From a virus (lineage: Duplodnaviria > Caudoviricetes): 61,433 nt of DNA. The position numbers and the translations under genes are program-made. The notes beneath the pieces were generated by a model, which was not told the origin of the DNA, searched no databases, and saw nothing but the letters and a program-made list of their open reading frames with translations. How positions within the stretch are numbered: the stretch's first letter is position 1; every line of letters begins with the position of its first letter. Below are positions 18,898 to 28,789 of the stretch, one piece after another. Location of the stretch: IMG/VR virus record IMGVR_UViG_3300035701_000031, positions 1 to 61,433 of that record. The stretch is one strand, 5' to 3'.

Positions 18898-19593
18898 TCA
18901 CCCTTTACCCTTGGATAAGCATTCTTTTTCCTTGAAATTGCGATACCTCAAATAGGCATCCTTTTCCCTTAAAATTGCAATATCTGCAAACATCAAATGG
19001 TTTTCAATAAAACCAAATTCTTTATAGAAAATGGTTCTTACAGTAATATGGCAAATTGTCTGCATAACATCTTCAATTATTTGCTGGTCAAAGCTTGGCA
19101 CAACCAATGGTAGGTTAGCCACTTTTGCGATTTTGCCTCCATCGTTTCCAGACAAGGAAATCGTAAAATTTTTTCGTTCTTTTGCATATTTCAAGGCGTT
19201 GAATACGTTGTCTGCATTGCCACTTGCAGAGATTCCTATAACTATGTCGTTTTTCCGCAAAAAATTTCTCAATTGTTCAACAAAGATTTGGTCGTAGTGT
19301 CTGTCATTTGCCAAGCCTGTTAAATGACAAAGGTTTTCATGTAAAGCCAGTGCCTTTAACTTTTTTTGGTCTTCAAGCTTTGCGCTTGCATCCCAATTCA
19401 GGTTGTGGGCAAAATGTGCTGCAATACTGGCACTGCCACCGTTTCCAAGGATATAAATTGTTCCATTTGAATCTCTTGCTTTAAGAATAAGTTCAGCCAA
19501 TAATACAAACTTTTCAGTCTCCAGAAAACTAACGGCGGAAATTAAGCCCTTTTTGTAATAGTCTACAAATTCCGCATTTTTTGGACAATCCAT
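18898..19593 (-). CDS. gmhA: SIS-domain phosphoheptose isomerase-like protein
   Basis: GNGGSAS.A.HF, T.LAND..Y..IF..QL, GISASGN..NV, ED.M..ICH. Confidence 0.75.
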   Translation of the reverse strand: MDCPKNAEFVDYYKKGLISAVSFLETEKFVLLAELILKARDSNGTIYILGNGGSASIAAHFAHNLNWDASAKLEDQKKLKALALHENLCHLTGLANDRHYDQIFVEQLRNFLRKNDIVIGISASGNADNVFNALKYAKERKNFTISLSGNDGGKIAKVANLPLVVPSFDQQIIEDVMQTICHITVRTIFYKEFGFIENHLMFADIAILREKDAYLRYRNFKEKECLSKGKG

Positions 19594-19638
19594 AAGATTG
19601 AAAACCTAATATATTATAATATAAGAAGAAATATAAGC

Positions 19639-19812
19639 CTATTCTTCATCTTGTTCTATGCGGACAATTTTTTCCCATGGCACAGTAATAATTTTATTGT
19701 TCATCTTTATTACAAATGAATGATTGTCAGAACTAATAAGTTTACCCACGACCTTTGAAACTCTTTCACTCACGTCATTGTAAAAGATAGTAACTATCCT
19801 GCCTTCAGCCAT
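19639..19812 (-). CDS. small beta-rich protein, possibly Sm/LSm-like fold
   Basis: V.IFY...VGKLI..D..F.I......TVPWEKIVRIE pattern. Confidence 0.45.
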   Translation of the reverse strand: MAEGRIVTIFYNDVSERVSKVVGKLISSDNHSFVIKMNNKIITVPWEKIVRIEQDEE

Positions 19813-19813
19813 T

Positions 19814-20047
19814 TTACATCTTCTCCAATTCTTCCCATTTAGTTTTACTATTTTTTGATTTTTTAATATAGCCAAAAAACCGAGAATGCTCTTTGGCAAT
19901 TATTTTATAATCATCAGTAAGCATCATATTTTCATATATTTTTTGAATGCCTTTTGGGATTTTTTTATATTTGTCTTTAAATGCTTGTAATGCAAGTTTG
20001 GCATCCATTTTTTTAAACAATCCATCCGAAGTTTTTACTATTGGCAT
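19814..20047 (-). CDS. hypothetical protein
   Basis: 77-aa ORF with SD GGTGA. Confidence 0.6.
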   Translation of the reverse strand: MPIVKTSDGLFKKMDAKLALQAFKDKYKKIPKGIQKIYENMMLTDDYKIIAKEHSRFFGYIKKSKNSKTKWEELEKM

Positions 20048-20055
20048 TTTCTCAC

Positions 20056-22644
20056 CTACCGTAGTATCTCAATTTTGAATCCTCTTTCAGTAATCGCATA
20101 AAGCCGTTTGTTATATTTTTCAAATTCTTCCTCTGTCATAAGTATTGTGTGTTCTGGTTCTTCCTGCTGCGAGTGCATCAGCCTTCCAAATCTTTGGCTT
20201 TCTTGCATTCTGCTCCCGAAAAGAAAACTTACTTCGATTACCCGTTCAATCTCTGGGATGCTTATTCCTTCATCTCCGACCCTGCTTACAACACAGGCAT
20301 TCGCTTCCCTTATTACATCAAGCCTGTCCTTTGTCTGGCTATATACAAATGGGATTTCAAATGTGTCGCTTATTTTCTTCCCGAAGTCGAGTGAATCGCA
20401 AAAGATTAAAGTCTTCACTGGAATTTTCAGCAATTCCCCGATTTTCTTCATCTTTGCCCTGTTATCTTCGAGGAGATAAAGCCTGAATGTTGGTGTTTTG
20501 ATTATCTGTGATTTTAAAAGTTCATCCCATGACATCCCAACTGGAAATCCTGTCAATGCAAAAATATAATTTTCTCTGTGGTCTTCCCTGAAAGGAGAAC
20601 CGCTAAATCCCAATCTATATTTCGTCTTCAAGGTTGCGAGCCTGATAAATGAATCTGCGGGAAGGTGATGGCAATTATGGGTTAAAAAGCCATTTGCCAA
20701 AAATGTATTTGTTCCAGTTGATGTAAAATCAAAAACCTCTTTTCTGCTTTTAATTCGTTCAATTTTGGTTATAGGTGTCAATCTATATTGTTTTCCTTTA
20801 TAAAAAACTGCGTCATTGTTATTTTTACCTTTGTTTGTGCCGATTGAATTAAATTCTTCTCTTGGAAAAACCATTGTATCGCATAATTTATTGAAATCAA
20901 AACCACCGATATTTATTTGGCATAGTTTATTGTGTTTTGGGTTTTTCTTTGTTCGTTCTAAAAAATAACTGTGGATTCCAAGTTTTTTGAGTAATAGTTG
21001 CAACTTAATTACGAATGATTTAGAAGCAACTGAAAAATACGCCCTTTTTGAATTGTTCGTCTCTTTTCTGACCCATCCATCACAAGAAAAACAAAGGGCT
21101 ATAAAAGAACGGATTGATTCCATTGGTGCATAAAAAATTTCATTGTTGATGTCAATTTTGTTTGCTTTTTTCCCTTCAGGAATCTGAAATTTTTCCATTA
21201 ATACTTCTTTTATTTTCTTGGTGCAACACCCGATGGTATAATCCCCTCGTTTATTTGTAAATTCCCAAAATTTATTAATGCCAAAAGAATTTATTCCATC
21301 AATAAAAGTTTGCCTTACAAAAGATTTGCTTTGTTTCCTTATACTAACCTTGACTGTATTGTTATTTTTTTCAATGTGCCCATCACAAGCTATTAAAGCA
21401 ACGAATGCGAGTTGTTTTGGAGACCAATTATTCTTTTGCGTATGTGGTATGGTTTCTGGGATGAGAAGCATATCTTTTTGTTTTAAAAAATCTGCAAATG
21501 ATATGTTCACATCCGCTTCTTTTATCTTAAACCATTGGTTGTTGTGTTTATCTCTTGTTCGTCTGACAATGAGATGTGGATGTGTTTTTGTGGTTTCTAA
21601 AATTCCAAATCCTGTGTGAATTTTTATTGTTTCATTAGTGTATTTTTTGAATTTGCCTTTTACCAAACCGCCAACAACACATTCATCATTTTCAATGCTT
21701 TTTATTTCTTTTATGCCGCCGTCATTAAGAATGACCAATGTATCGCCAGTTAGACATTCATCAAATTCAATCAGGGCATATTCTTTATTCCTGCATTTTT
21801 CAAACGCATGGTATGTTACGACTTCAACTTCGTTTGCAAATTCGGGAATGTATTTTACAATCCTTTCTTCCCATTGTTCTTTCAGGGTTAAAGTTGGCAC
21901 TATGACAAGTTTTCTTCCTTTGATTCTCGCAAGCGCATAAACCCCAAAAAGGCTTTTTCCCGCCCCGAAGCCCCAATAAACTCCCAATGCCCCCCGTTCC
22001 ATGAATTGCAACCAAGCATCCTTTTGATAAGTCCTCAATTCAATTTTGCTCCAGTCTCTTGTGTCTTCTTGCTCAATTGGCTTGGGTATAAAGGGCAAAA
22101 TGCCGTCTTCTATCAATTGCGCCAATAATTTAAATTCCGCCCCATTTTTTATTTTTATTCTGTCGTTTCCTTCCCTTCTTGAAAGGAATTTCCCGTATTT
22201 GTTCCAGACTTTCTCCTGATTCTCTTTGCCAGTTAAGACAACTCCGTCAAAGACTTTAAGTGGCAGGGGCTCTGGAAATTTTAATTTTTCCCGCAAAGTT
22301 GAAGGGATTTGGGCTATCCATTGAAGGTATCTATTCACAACAAAAATATTGAAACTCTTTGTCTGCCTGTCAAGCCAGCCAATCTGAAAATTAACCCATT
22401 TTGGGGCAATGATGTAATATTCGTTCTCCCTTTTAGGAATTATGCAATAGGGTTCTTTAAAAAAATTTGCAAGTTCTTCTTTATCATATTTGCTTAATTG
22501 TAATTGCTCGATTCGGCTTTCAATGTCTTTTCGTATTTTGTCCCTTTGCTCTTGAATTTTTTGTATGAGAGCATCAAATTTTTCCATGTCTTGATTGATG
22601 CTTTTTCGTAAGTCTAATAAGTCGATTGATGTTTCATCAGCCAT
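20056..22644 (-). CDS. superfamily 2 helicase (XPB/Rad25-like) containing an intein
   Basis: LRTYQ, GFGAGKS Walker A, DE[intein]CH Walker B, RLGFSGSP.RED, VGDEGISIP, GSRMQESQRFGRL. Confidence 0.9.
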   Translation of the reverse strand: MADETSIDLLDLRKSINQDMEKFDALIQKIQEQRDKIRKDIESRIEQLQLSKYDKEELANFFKEPYCIIPKRENEYYIIAPKWVNFQIGWLDRQTKSFNIFVVNRYLQWIAQIPSTLREKLKFPEPLPLKVFDGVVLTGKENQEKVWNKYGKFLSRREGNDRIKIKNGAEFKLLAQLIEDGILPFIPKPIEQEDTRDWSKIELRTYQKDAWLQFMERGALGVYWGFGAGKSLFGVYALARIKGRKLVIVPTLTLKEQWEERIVKYIPEFANEVEVVTYHAFEKCRNKEYALIEFDECLTGDTLVILNDGGIKEIKSIENDECVVGGLVKGKFKKYTNETIKIHTGFGILETTKTHPHLIVRRTRDKHNNQWFKIKEADVNISFADFLKQKDMLLIPETIPHTQKNNWSPKQLAFVALIACDGHIEKNNNTVKVSIRKQSKSFVRQTFIDGINSFGINKFWEFTNKRGDYTIGCCTKKIKEVLMEKFQIPEGKKANKIDINNEIFYAPMESIRSFIALCFSCDGWVRKETNNSKRAYFSVASKSFVIKLQLLLKKLGIHSYFLERTKKNPKHNKLCQINIGGFDFNKLCDTMVFPREEFNSIGTNKGKNNNDAVFYKGKQYRLTPITKIERIKSRKEVFDFTSTGTNTFLANGFLTHNCHHLPADSFIRLATLKTKYRLGFSGSPFREDHRENYIFALTGFPVGMSWDELLKSQIIKTPTFRLYLLEDNRAKMKKIGELLKIPVKTLIFCDSLDFGKKISDTFEIPFVYSQTKDRLDVIREANACVVSRVGDEGISIPEIERVIEVSFLFGSRMQESQRFGRLMHSQQEEPEHTILMTEEEFEKYNKRLYAITERGFKIEILR
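20674..21756 (-). mobile_element. intein (361 aa) with LAGLIDADG homing endonuclease, inserted in helicase Walker B
   Basis: Begins CLTGDT, block B T.THP, ALIACDG and LCFSCDG motifs, ends FLANGFLTHN followed by C. Confidence 0.92.
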
Positions 22645-22717
22645 AACTATCTGTCCCTCTCCCTATCTAAAAATAAGCAGTAAATAATTATGTTGCTGTT
22701 CTTTAAAAAGATTTTGG

Positions 22718-22906
22718 TCAGTCTTTTTTATGAATGCCTTTCTTGAATCCAGTAACAAATCCAATTGTCCCTTGGGAGAATCCTGCAAAGGCTTTTTTTG
22801 CTGCAATATCCGACCCTCGCATTATTGAATTGCCCAGATTTTCCCCTAATTTCAGTGTTGCATTGACTGGCTTCATATAAAGGTCGTCATTTTTTTTGTT
22901 CGCCAT
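22718..22906 (-). CDS. small amphipathic protein
   Basis: 62-aa ORF with SD GGTGAT. Confidence 0.6.
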   Translation of the reverse strand: MANKKNDDLYMKPVNATLKLGENLGNSIMRGSDIAAKKAFAGFSQGTIGFVTGFKKGIHKKD

Positions 22907-22969
22907 AAAATCACCAACTTATTTTTGTTGTTTGTTTCTTTTTTTTCTCGTAAAATCACCTAATTTAAA

Positions 22970-23149
22970 TTATAATTTTTTTCCAGCTACCAATCCAGAT
23001 ATTATCTTATAAAAAGGAGAATAATAAAAATTTGGAATGCTTGGGGTTCTATCATTTTTCCATTCTCGCTTCTTTTGTTTTAACCAATCGTTATTTTTTG
23101 GTGTAAAATTTATCTTTGTTGCACTCTTTTTTTTCTTTTTTTTCGCCAT
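22970..23149 (-). CDS. small basic protein (59 aa) with KINFTPKN motif
   Basis: Manual translation MAKKKKKKSATKINFTPKNNDWL...; SD GAGGTGAT. Confidence 0.5.
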   Translation of the reverse strand: MAKKKKKKSATKINFTPKNNDWLKQKKREWKNDRTPSIPNFYYSPFYKIISGLVAGKKL

Positions 23150-23153
23150 AAAA

Positions 23154-23540
23154 TCACCTCGGAATAAATTGAGTTAATGTTGGCTGGGCTCTTGCCTGCC
23201 TTTTTTTCACCCATGCAGTCCCAAACATTTCCCCTATTTTGAACGGAGCAACAACTGGTGAAAAAATAACCTGCCCTGCGCTTGGCAATTTAGGCATTCT
23301 ATACCTTGTTTTTGCTGGTAAAATTCTGGTTAATGCCCTTGAAAAACCGCTTGCAACTGCTCTTCCGCCGATTGTTCCGCCTAATACGCCTGATGTTAAA
23401 ATTGGCACTGCGTATTGTCTGGCTGCAATTCCACCCATCCCCCCTGCATAAAGTCCTGCAAACATTCCGCCCATCATGCCTGCTCTGGCAATGTCATAGC
23501 GATGCCTTCTAACCCATGCTTTTGGTCTTCCGTTTGACAT
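23154..23540 (-). CDS. glycine-zipper membrane protein
   Basis: AGMMGGMFAGLYAGGMGG...GVLGGTIGG; C-terminal FSPV..PFKIG block shared with 41783. Confidence 0.7.
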   Translation of the reverse strand: MSNGRPKAWVRRHRYDIARAGMMGGMFAGLYAGGMGGIAARQYAVPILTSGVLGGTIGGRAVASGFSRALTRILPAKTRYRMPKLPSAGQVIFSPVVAPFKIGEMFGTAWVKKRQARAQPTLTQFIPR

Positions 23541-23549
23541 TTTATCACC

Positions 23550-24167
23550 TTAATCTTTAATTCCATATTTTTCTTTTGCTTTCATCCATCTTCTATGGTC
23601 TTCTCCTTCTGTAAGTTGGTTGCTTATTACAACTGGAATTTTTTTAATTCCGAGTAATTTTGCTGCTGCAACTCTATGTTTTCCTTCATGCCCATCATAT
23701 TTGCCTTTTCGATATTCCAGCCAAGGCATAGCGAATTTGTCGCCTTTTCTCATTGCATCTGCATATTTTTTAATTCCTTTTTCGCCTAAACCTTCTCTGA
23801 TGTCATGTTCATACCCTTTTCCTTTAATTCCTAAATTAACTTTTTCAAAATATTCATCTGGTGTCATCCATACAATTTCCGCTTTTCTGCCTTTGTAATA
23901 TCTTTGATAAAGTTTTCCAACTTTTTCTCCGCCTCGGTCTTCACCATAGAATTGCCCAAGAACATCGTATTGATAAGTTTCTCCAGCGCCTTCTTTCACA
24001 TCTTTATGCTTTAAAGCGAATGGTTGCAATTCTTTTTGTGTTGCATCGGCGTGTGCTGCAACTCTCACGTTCCACATTCGTTGTGGGTCTTTTTCTATCC
24101 CTTTTGTTTCAATCCCCCTTCTGGCTAAACTATGCCTCGCACTTTCCAATCTCCAGCCTTTTGTCAT
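23550..24167 (-). CDS. ARH-motif protein with ParB/Srx-like domain
   Basis: Motif at N-terminus; EGKHRVAAAKLLGIKKIPV resembles the ParB DGxHR box. Confidence 0.7.
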   Translation of the reverse strand: MTKGWRLESARHSLARRGIETKGIEKDPQRMWNVRVAAHADATQKELQPFALKHKDVKEGAGETYQYDVLGQFYGEDRGGEKVGKLYQRYYKGRKAEIVWMTPDEYFEKVNLGIKGKGYEHDIREGLGEKGIKKYADAMRKGDKFAMPWLEYRKGKYDGHEGKHRVAAAKLLGIKKIPVVISNQLTEGEDHRRWMKAKEKYGIKD

Positions 24168-24598
24168 TTCACAAACCTCTCAACATTTTTTAAATATGGT
24201 TCTATTGCAGTGGCATCTGGAAGCCAATCTCCTGCGAATGATTGGTTATGCATTGCAACTGCTGATTGGAATACTTCATTATATTTTGGATTTTTTCTGA
24301 TAAATTCTTTTATTTGCCCTGCTTTAACTAATCTCCTCCCTGCAATCGAGGAAAGTTTTTGTTTGAACGCCAGCCAGCCCTTTTCATTTGCTTGGACAAA
24401 ACTTCTATAAGTGCCTGTTTTTTTGTATGAATTCAGTTGTCTTCTTGCCTCTTTGACTAATTCTTCTGCCCTTTCGTCTGAAAGTGCTGTGAACTCTTTT
24501 CTTCCGTCTTTTGCGGGAATTTTTATTTGCTTTGTTTCAATTCCTCTTCTTGCTAATGCGTGCCTTGCACTCTCATACCGCCAGCCCTTTTTTGTCAT
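24164..24598 (-). CDS. ARH-motif protein
   Basis: MTKKGWRYESARHALARRGIET. Confidence 0.8.
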   Translation of the reverse strand: MTKKGWRYESARHALARRGIETKQIKIPAKDGRKEFTALSDERAEELVKEARRQLNSYKKTGTYRSFVQANEKGWLAFKQKLSSIAGRRLVKAGQIKEFIRKNPKYNEVFQSAVAMHNQSFAGDWLPDATAIEPYLKNVERFVK

Positions 24599-24743
24599 TC
24601 TTATTCCTTCTTTTGTTTTTTAAACCATTGTATCTGCCCTTCTCTTCTCAATGCTTCTTTTTTTGTTTTGAATATTCCCAATCTTCTATGGGTCTTGCGA
24701 CTATACAAAACCCACTTTCCTTTTTCTTTTTTCAAGACCATAA

Positions 24744-25127
24744 TTATCTTTTGGCTTTAGCTTTTAATTTTCTCGCTAATGACCAAGAAGGCATTGCTTT
24801 TTTTCTCGCTGTCTTTGACATACTTTTCCATTTTTTTCTTGCGGATACTGTCATTTTCTTTGCAATTGCTGGGGTCAATTTTATGTATCCTGTGCTTATT
24901 TCATATTTTCTAATTGCTTTTGGTGCTTTTGCTTTTCTCCAGCCGTATGGTGTCTTTTGAACATATTGCCAATGGGTGTATTTGCCTTTTTTTCCAACAT
25001 TCAATAGCATATATTGTCCGACAGGATATTTCTTAAATGCCCCTTTTCTTTTTGCTGGCATTGCTTTTTGCCTTGCTGTCATGGACATTCCCATCCACTT
25101 TTTCCTTGCTTTTTTGGTTTTTGCCAT
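24744..25127 (-). CDS. highly basic protein with internal repeat (putative nucleic-acid condensing protein)
   Basis: K/R/A-rich, one acidic residue; ARKKW..MS.TAR.KAMP at both ends. Confidence 0.65.
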   Translation of the reverse strand: MAKTKKARKKWMGMSMTARQKAMPAKRKGAFKKYPVGQYMLLNVGKKGKYTHWQYVQKTPYGWRKAKAPKAIRKYEISTGYIKLTPAIAKKMTVSARKKWKSMSKTARKKAMPSWSLARKLKAKAKR

Positions 25128-25133
25128 ATTTAA

Positions 25134-25529
25134 TCACCTCGGAATCCATTGAGCAGTTCTTATTAAAGTATTATAATCGAAATTATATTTATTGCAAAGA
25201 AATTTAATTCTTCTTTTATCGTCTACTATTCTTCCTTCCCAATCATTAATTTCTGATTTCAATTCTTTAATTTTGTTTGGTCTATTCAAAGTTCCTCTTT
25301 CCTGTTCAAGCAAAGATTTTTTATCCTTTAAAATACTTTGATGTGTTTGGAAATCTAATACAACTGCATGATGCACATCTTCTGGAGCAAAACCTTGAAA
25401 AATACCAAAAAAACCAGATTTTATTTTTCTACCAATTGGCACTTTTGTTCCACTCTTTCCAGCATTGAATACTTTGCCTTTTCTACTATGTCTCACATGT
25501 CTTATTTGATGTGAACCTTTTTTGCTCAT
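25134..25529 (-). CDS. protein with SHQI.HVRHS.KGK N-terminal motif
   Basis: Motif shared with 26021; C-terminus related to 41783. Confidence 0.7.
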   Translation of the reverse strand: MSKKGSHQIRHVRHSRKGKVFNAGKSGTKVPIGRKIKSGFFGIFQGFAPEDVHHAVVLDFQTHQSILKDKKSLLEQERGTLNRPNKIKELKSEINDWEGRIVDDKRRIKFLCNKYNFDYNTLIRTAQWIPR

Positions 25530-25553
25530 TCCCAATCCTTCTCCTTCTTTTTT

Positions 25554-25961
25554 TTAAAGTTTTGTTATCATCTCATCAACTTCTGCTTCATTCGGCTTTC
25601 GCCCAGTTCTACTCACAAAACCAGCCCTCATTGCATCAAGCCGCCTTAAATCCTGTTCCATTTTTTTAAATTCTTGCTCCCTTTGCCCACTTTCTCTCCA
25701 ACCAATCAAAAACTCTTTGGGGCTTCCTGCACTAATACCATACTTTTCTCCAATCCGAGCTGCCCTAAAATAATCATCAATTTCTTTATCTGTATAACCT
25801 AATTTATACAATTTTTCAATAAATTTTGTTAATTTTCCTATTGGCTCTTTTTCAAATTGTCTCTTTTCTTTGAATTTTGCCCATTTTGTTTTGATTTTTG
25901 TGCTTATACCTTTTCTTGCAAGAGAGTGTCTTGCTGATTCAAAAAACCACCCTTTTTTCAT
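25554..25961 (-). CDS. ARH-motif protein, paralog of 14626-15054
   Basis: MKKGWFFESARHSLARKGIST. Confidence 0.8.
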   Translation of the reverse strand: MKKGWFFESARHSLARKGISTKIKTKWAKFKEKRQFEKEPIGKLTKFIEKLYKLGYTDKEIDDYFRAARIGEKYGISAGSPKEFLIGWRESGQREQEFKKMEQDLRRLDAMRAGFVSRTGRKPNEAEVDEMITKL

Positions 25962-26020
25962 TGTTTCACCTCACAGCCAACCCGAACCAATCATTCCGCC
26001 TTTGGTCATAATCAATCACG

Positions 26021-26314
26021 TCAATATCTTTCTTTTTTTTGAACTCCTATTTTTATTTTTTTTTCAGCACCACATTTTGAACAAATTAATAAAATTTCTT
26101 TTGTTCCCATTTCGGCGGTATAATCTTCCCAATCACTAATTGAACCAGTTAAAATTGTGCTAATACCTTTTAAAAATCCCCCTCTTGGAATCTCACTTAC
26201 TTTTATAAAATTGTGTTTGCATTCCCCAGCTTTTGTTCCTTTTCCAGCACCATATATTTTTCCTTTCTTGCTATGTCTCACATGATGAATTTGATGCGAA
26301 CCTTTTTTACTCAT
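26021..26314 (-). CDS. Zn-binding protein with SHQI.HVRHS.KGK N-terminal motif
   Basis: CKH...CSKCG; motif shared with 25134. Confidence 0.65.
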   Translation of the reverse strand: MSKKGSHQIHHVRHSKKGKIYGAGKGTKAGECKHNFIKVSEIPRGGFLKGISTILTGSISDWEDYTAEMGTKEILLICSKCGAEKKIKIGVQKKERY

Positions 26315-26325
26315 TTTTTTTCCCC

Positions 26326-26850
26326 CTAATATTTCCAAAATCCTTTAATCGGGACTTTGTATTTTTGTTTCATCATCCTTTGATAATCTTGCTTTACTTT
26401 TTTGCTGAATGGTGTTTTTGTATATGCCCAAAATCCGCCAGCCACTCCGCCCATTACTCCAAATATAGGATTGGGTGCAAAAATAAGCCCTGTTGTTCCT
26501 GCGCCAGCAACCATTGCCCTTGCGAGTGCACTTTTTTTCCACAAATAATCAAATTGCCTTGGTCTTTCTTCCAATTTTTGTTGAAATTTCATTTTTTTAA
26601 CATCTTTTGGATGTAAATTTATTGATGGGGCATATTCTGCCTGTAAAACAAATGGTCTCATTGTTACTTCCATTGTTGTATCGGATATTTTATCCCAAAT
26701 TGTTTTTCCTCTTCCCTTCCAAGGATATGCCCTTTTCTTGCCGAATGGTCTTACTGAAAAAAAGGATTGTTTCATTGTAATTGTTCTTTTCTTTGGTCGC
26801 CCCTTCTTTTTTGCTCCAATGAAACCCGATGCGAATGGTAAGAATGGCAT
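26326..26850 (-). CDS. basic protein with Gly-rich hydrophobic hairpin
   Basis: AMVAGAGTTGLIF...GVMGGVAGGFW. Confidence 0.7.
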   Translation of the reverse strand: MPFLPFASGFIGAKKKGRPKKRTITMKQSFFSVRPFGKKRAYPWKGRGKTIWDKISDTTMEVTMRPFVLQAEYAPSINLHPKDVKKMKFQQKLEERPRQFDYLWKKSALARAMVAGAGTTGLIFAPNPIFGVMGGVAGGFWAYTKTPFSKKVKQDYQRMMKQKYKVPIKGFWKY

Positions 26851-26852
26851 TA

Positions 26853-27380
26853 TTATTCACTCATTTCTTTTTTAATTTCCGCAATTAATTTTTCTTTAAG
26901 TTGTTTAAAATTTGCCCCTTTTATCGGATAAAAGTGCACAATATCCCCTCGAACAACTTGGTCATAATATTCATCTAAATTTTCTCTCCATTTGTATTTA
27001 TCTTTTAAAATGCTCAATAATTCAAGGGGAGTGGCTTTTCTAATTCGTGTAAATTCTTCTTTTTGATTAAATTTCTTGTAAATTGGGCTACCCCATTTGG
27101 TCAATTCTCTTGCTGTTTTAATGCCTCTTGCAGCCAATGCGTGCCTTGCTGATTCATATTTCCATCCGACTGGTTTAATGTGTTTTTCTGGAATGTTTAT
27201 CATCATTCCAAGCCCAACTTGCGCTGCTTGTGTTTTTCCCTTTTTATCTGCAAAAATTTCATAATAAGTTTGTCCTTTTTCTTTTTCTGATTTATAAACT
27301 GTCCCCTGCCAGCCTCTAAATTTTCCAGCAACAATTTTCACTGGTTCATCTTTCTTGAATGTTGCCATTTTTTCTTTCAC
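26853..27380 (-). CDS. KOW-motif protein with internal ARH motif
   Basis: FKKDEPVKIVAGKFRGWQGTV (KOW), then GWKYESARHALAARGIKT. Confidence 0.7.
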   Translation of the reverse strand: MKEKMATFKKDEPVKIVAGKFRGWQGTVYKSEKEKGQTYYEIFADKKGKTQAAQVGLGMMINIPEKHIKPVGWKYESARHALAARGIKTARELTKWGSPIYKKFNQKEEFTRIRKATPLELLSILKDKYKWRENLDEYYDQVVRGDIVHFYPIKGANFKQLKEKLIAEIKKEMSE

Positions 27381-28423
27381 TTCCTATTATTTCCATTTTC
27401 TCTCAATAATCTTTGCTGCTCTAATTCCTCGACAATTTGCTGTGCTTCTTCTTCTGAAATTTGCCTTTCTGGAATAGCTGGGGCAGGAATTGGTGCTGTT
27501 GGCTGTGGGGGGGTGGGGATTTGCTCTTCTGGAAATCCGTTTCCAACAGCCTGTTCGGCAATCTGGTCTGCCATCTGTGCCTCTTCATCAGGCGTAGGCT
27601 CTCTGCCTTGTTCCCTTCTAAACCGTTCTTTTGCCCATGAAAGTCCAGCTTTTATCTTTGCTCCCAAATAACCTGCTGCCTCGCCTGCTTTTTCTCCTAC
27701 AACTTCTCCTGCCCTTGAAATAGGTGCTAATCCAGCCGATTGCCTTTCTTCTTGTGCCAACATCTCTGCCTCATCTTCATCGTCAGGGGTTTCAAGATAA
27801 TTTATTTCGATACGAGTTTTTGCCATATCATCAAACTGTTTGTCCAGTGCATCTGCGCCAAATGCTTCTTCCGCAACGTTAAGTGCCTCGCTTTTCTTTC
27901 CGTCTGTTTCTAATGTTCCATCTATTGCTTTTTTTGCGGTTTCATCTGAAGGAAAAATTGTGCCTCCAAGTGTTTCTCCTTGTTTTTCGACTTTTCCCAA
28001 TACTTCTTCTCCAGCGATTTCCGCTTCTCCGCCTATGTTTAAAAGTCCTCCCCCGATTGCTTCCCCTTTTTGCTCAACTCCCCCTACAAAGGCTCCGCCC
28101 AATCCGCCAAAAAAATCAGTAAATGCGGTTTCTGGGCTTCCAATCGGCATTCCAAAAGTTGAGACCTGTTTTTTTTCTTCGGCTTCTGGTTTTTCAGTTT
28201 CAATTTCTGGTGTAACTTCAATTGCTTCTTCAATCGGCTTTTGCAAACTATCTTTTAAGGATGGGGTTTGCTGAACACTTTGTTTAATATTTATGTTTAT
28301 ATTGTCTTTTGGATTGCCTCTTGCCTTTACTTTTTTTCTTTTTGTTCTTCCAAGCGAAATGCCTTTGCCTGTTAAAGAATGTTCTGGATATTCCCTAAAC
28401 CAACCTTTTCCTTCGTTTGTCAT
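27377..28423 (-). CDS. acidic low-complexity protein with divergent ARH motif
   Basis: GKGWFREYPEHSLTGKGIS N-terminus; E/G/A-rich body. Confidence 0.75.
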   Translation of the reverse strand: MTNEGKGWFREYPEHSLTGKGISLGRTKRKKVKARGNPKDNININIKQSVQQTPSLKDSLQKPIEEAIEVTPEIETEKPEAEEKKQVSTFGMPIGSPETAFTDFFGGLGGAFVGGVEQKGEAIGGGLLNIGGEAEIAGEEVLGKVEKQGETLGGTIFPSDETAKKAIDGTLETDGKKSEALNVAEEAFGADALDKQFDDMAKTRIEINYLETPDDEDEAEMLAQEERQSAGLAPISRAGEVVGEKAGEAAGYLGAKIKAGLSWAKERFRREQGREPTPDEEAQMADQIAEQAVGNGFPEEQIPTPPQPTAPIPAPAIPERQISEEEAQQIVEELEQQRLLRENGNNRK

Positions 28424-28785
28424 TTTTCTAAAACCTCTCGTGGAATAATATGGATTCCTTTAAATTCAATGTCGATTTTTAATGCTTTTAAAGCATCTTT
28501 TTTTCTTGTGTAAAAGATGGGTGCATAACTTATATTTGAAATTAATTTGTTACCGCCTGTTAATATCCAACTATTGCCTAATTTAAAAATGGTTTTTTTT
28601 TCTTGGTCGCTTTCCCATTCAATAATATTTTTATCTTTTTTTGTTTGTCGCCAATTTGTATTGGTATATCTTAAATCACCAGAACTATTTTGATATTTTG
28701 CCGACATTACTTTTTGTTGTTTTGTCTTTATTCCTTTTCGGGCAAGTGAATGTCTCGCACTCTCCAGTCTCCAGCCTTTTGTCAT
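28420..28785 (-). CDS. ARH-motif protein
   Basis: MTKGWRLESARHSLARKGIKT. Confidence 0.8.
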   Translation of the reverse strand: MTKGWRLESARHSLARKGIKTKQQKVMSAKYQNSSGDLRYTNTNWRQTKKDKNIIEWESDQEKKTIFKLGNSWILTGGNKLISNISYAPIFYTRKKDALKALKIDIEFKGIHIIPREVLEK

Positions 28786-28789
28786 ATTT

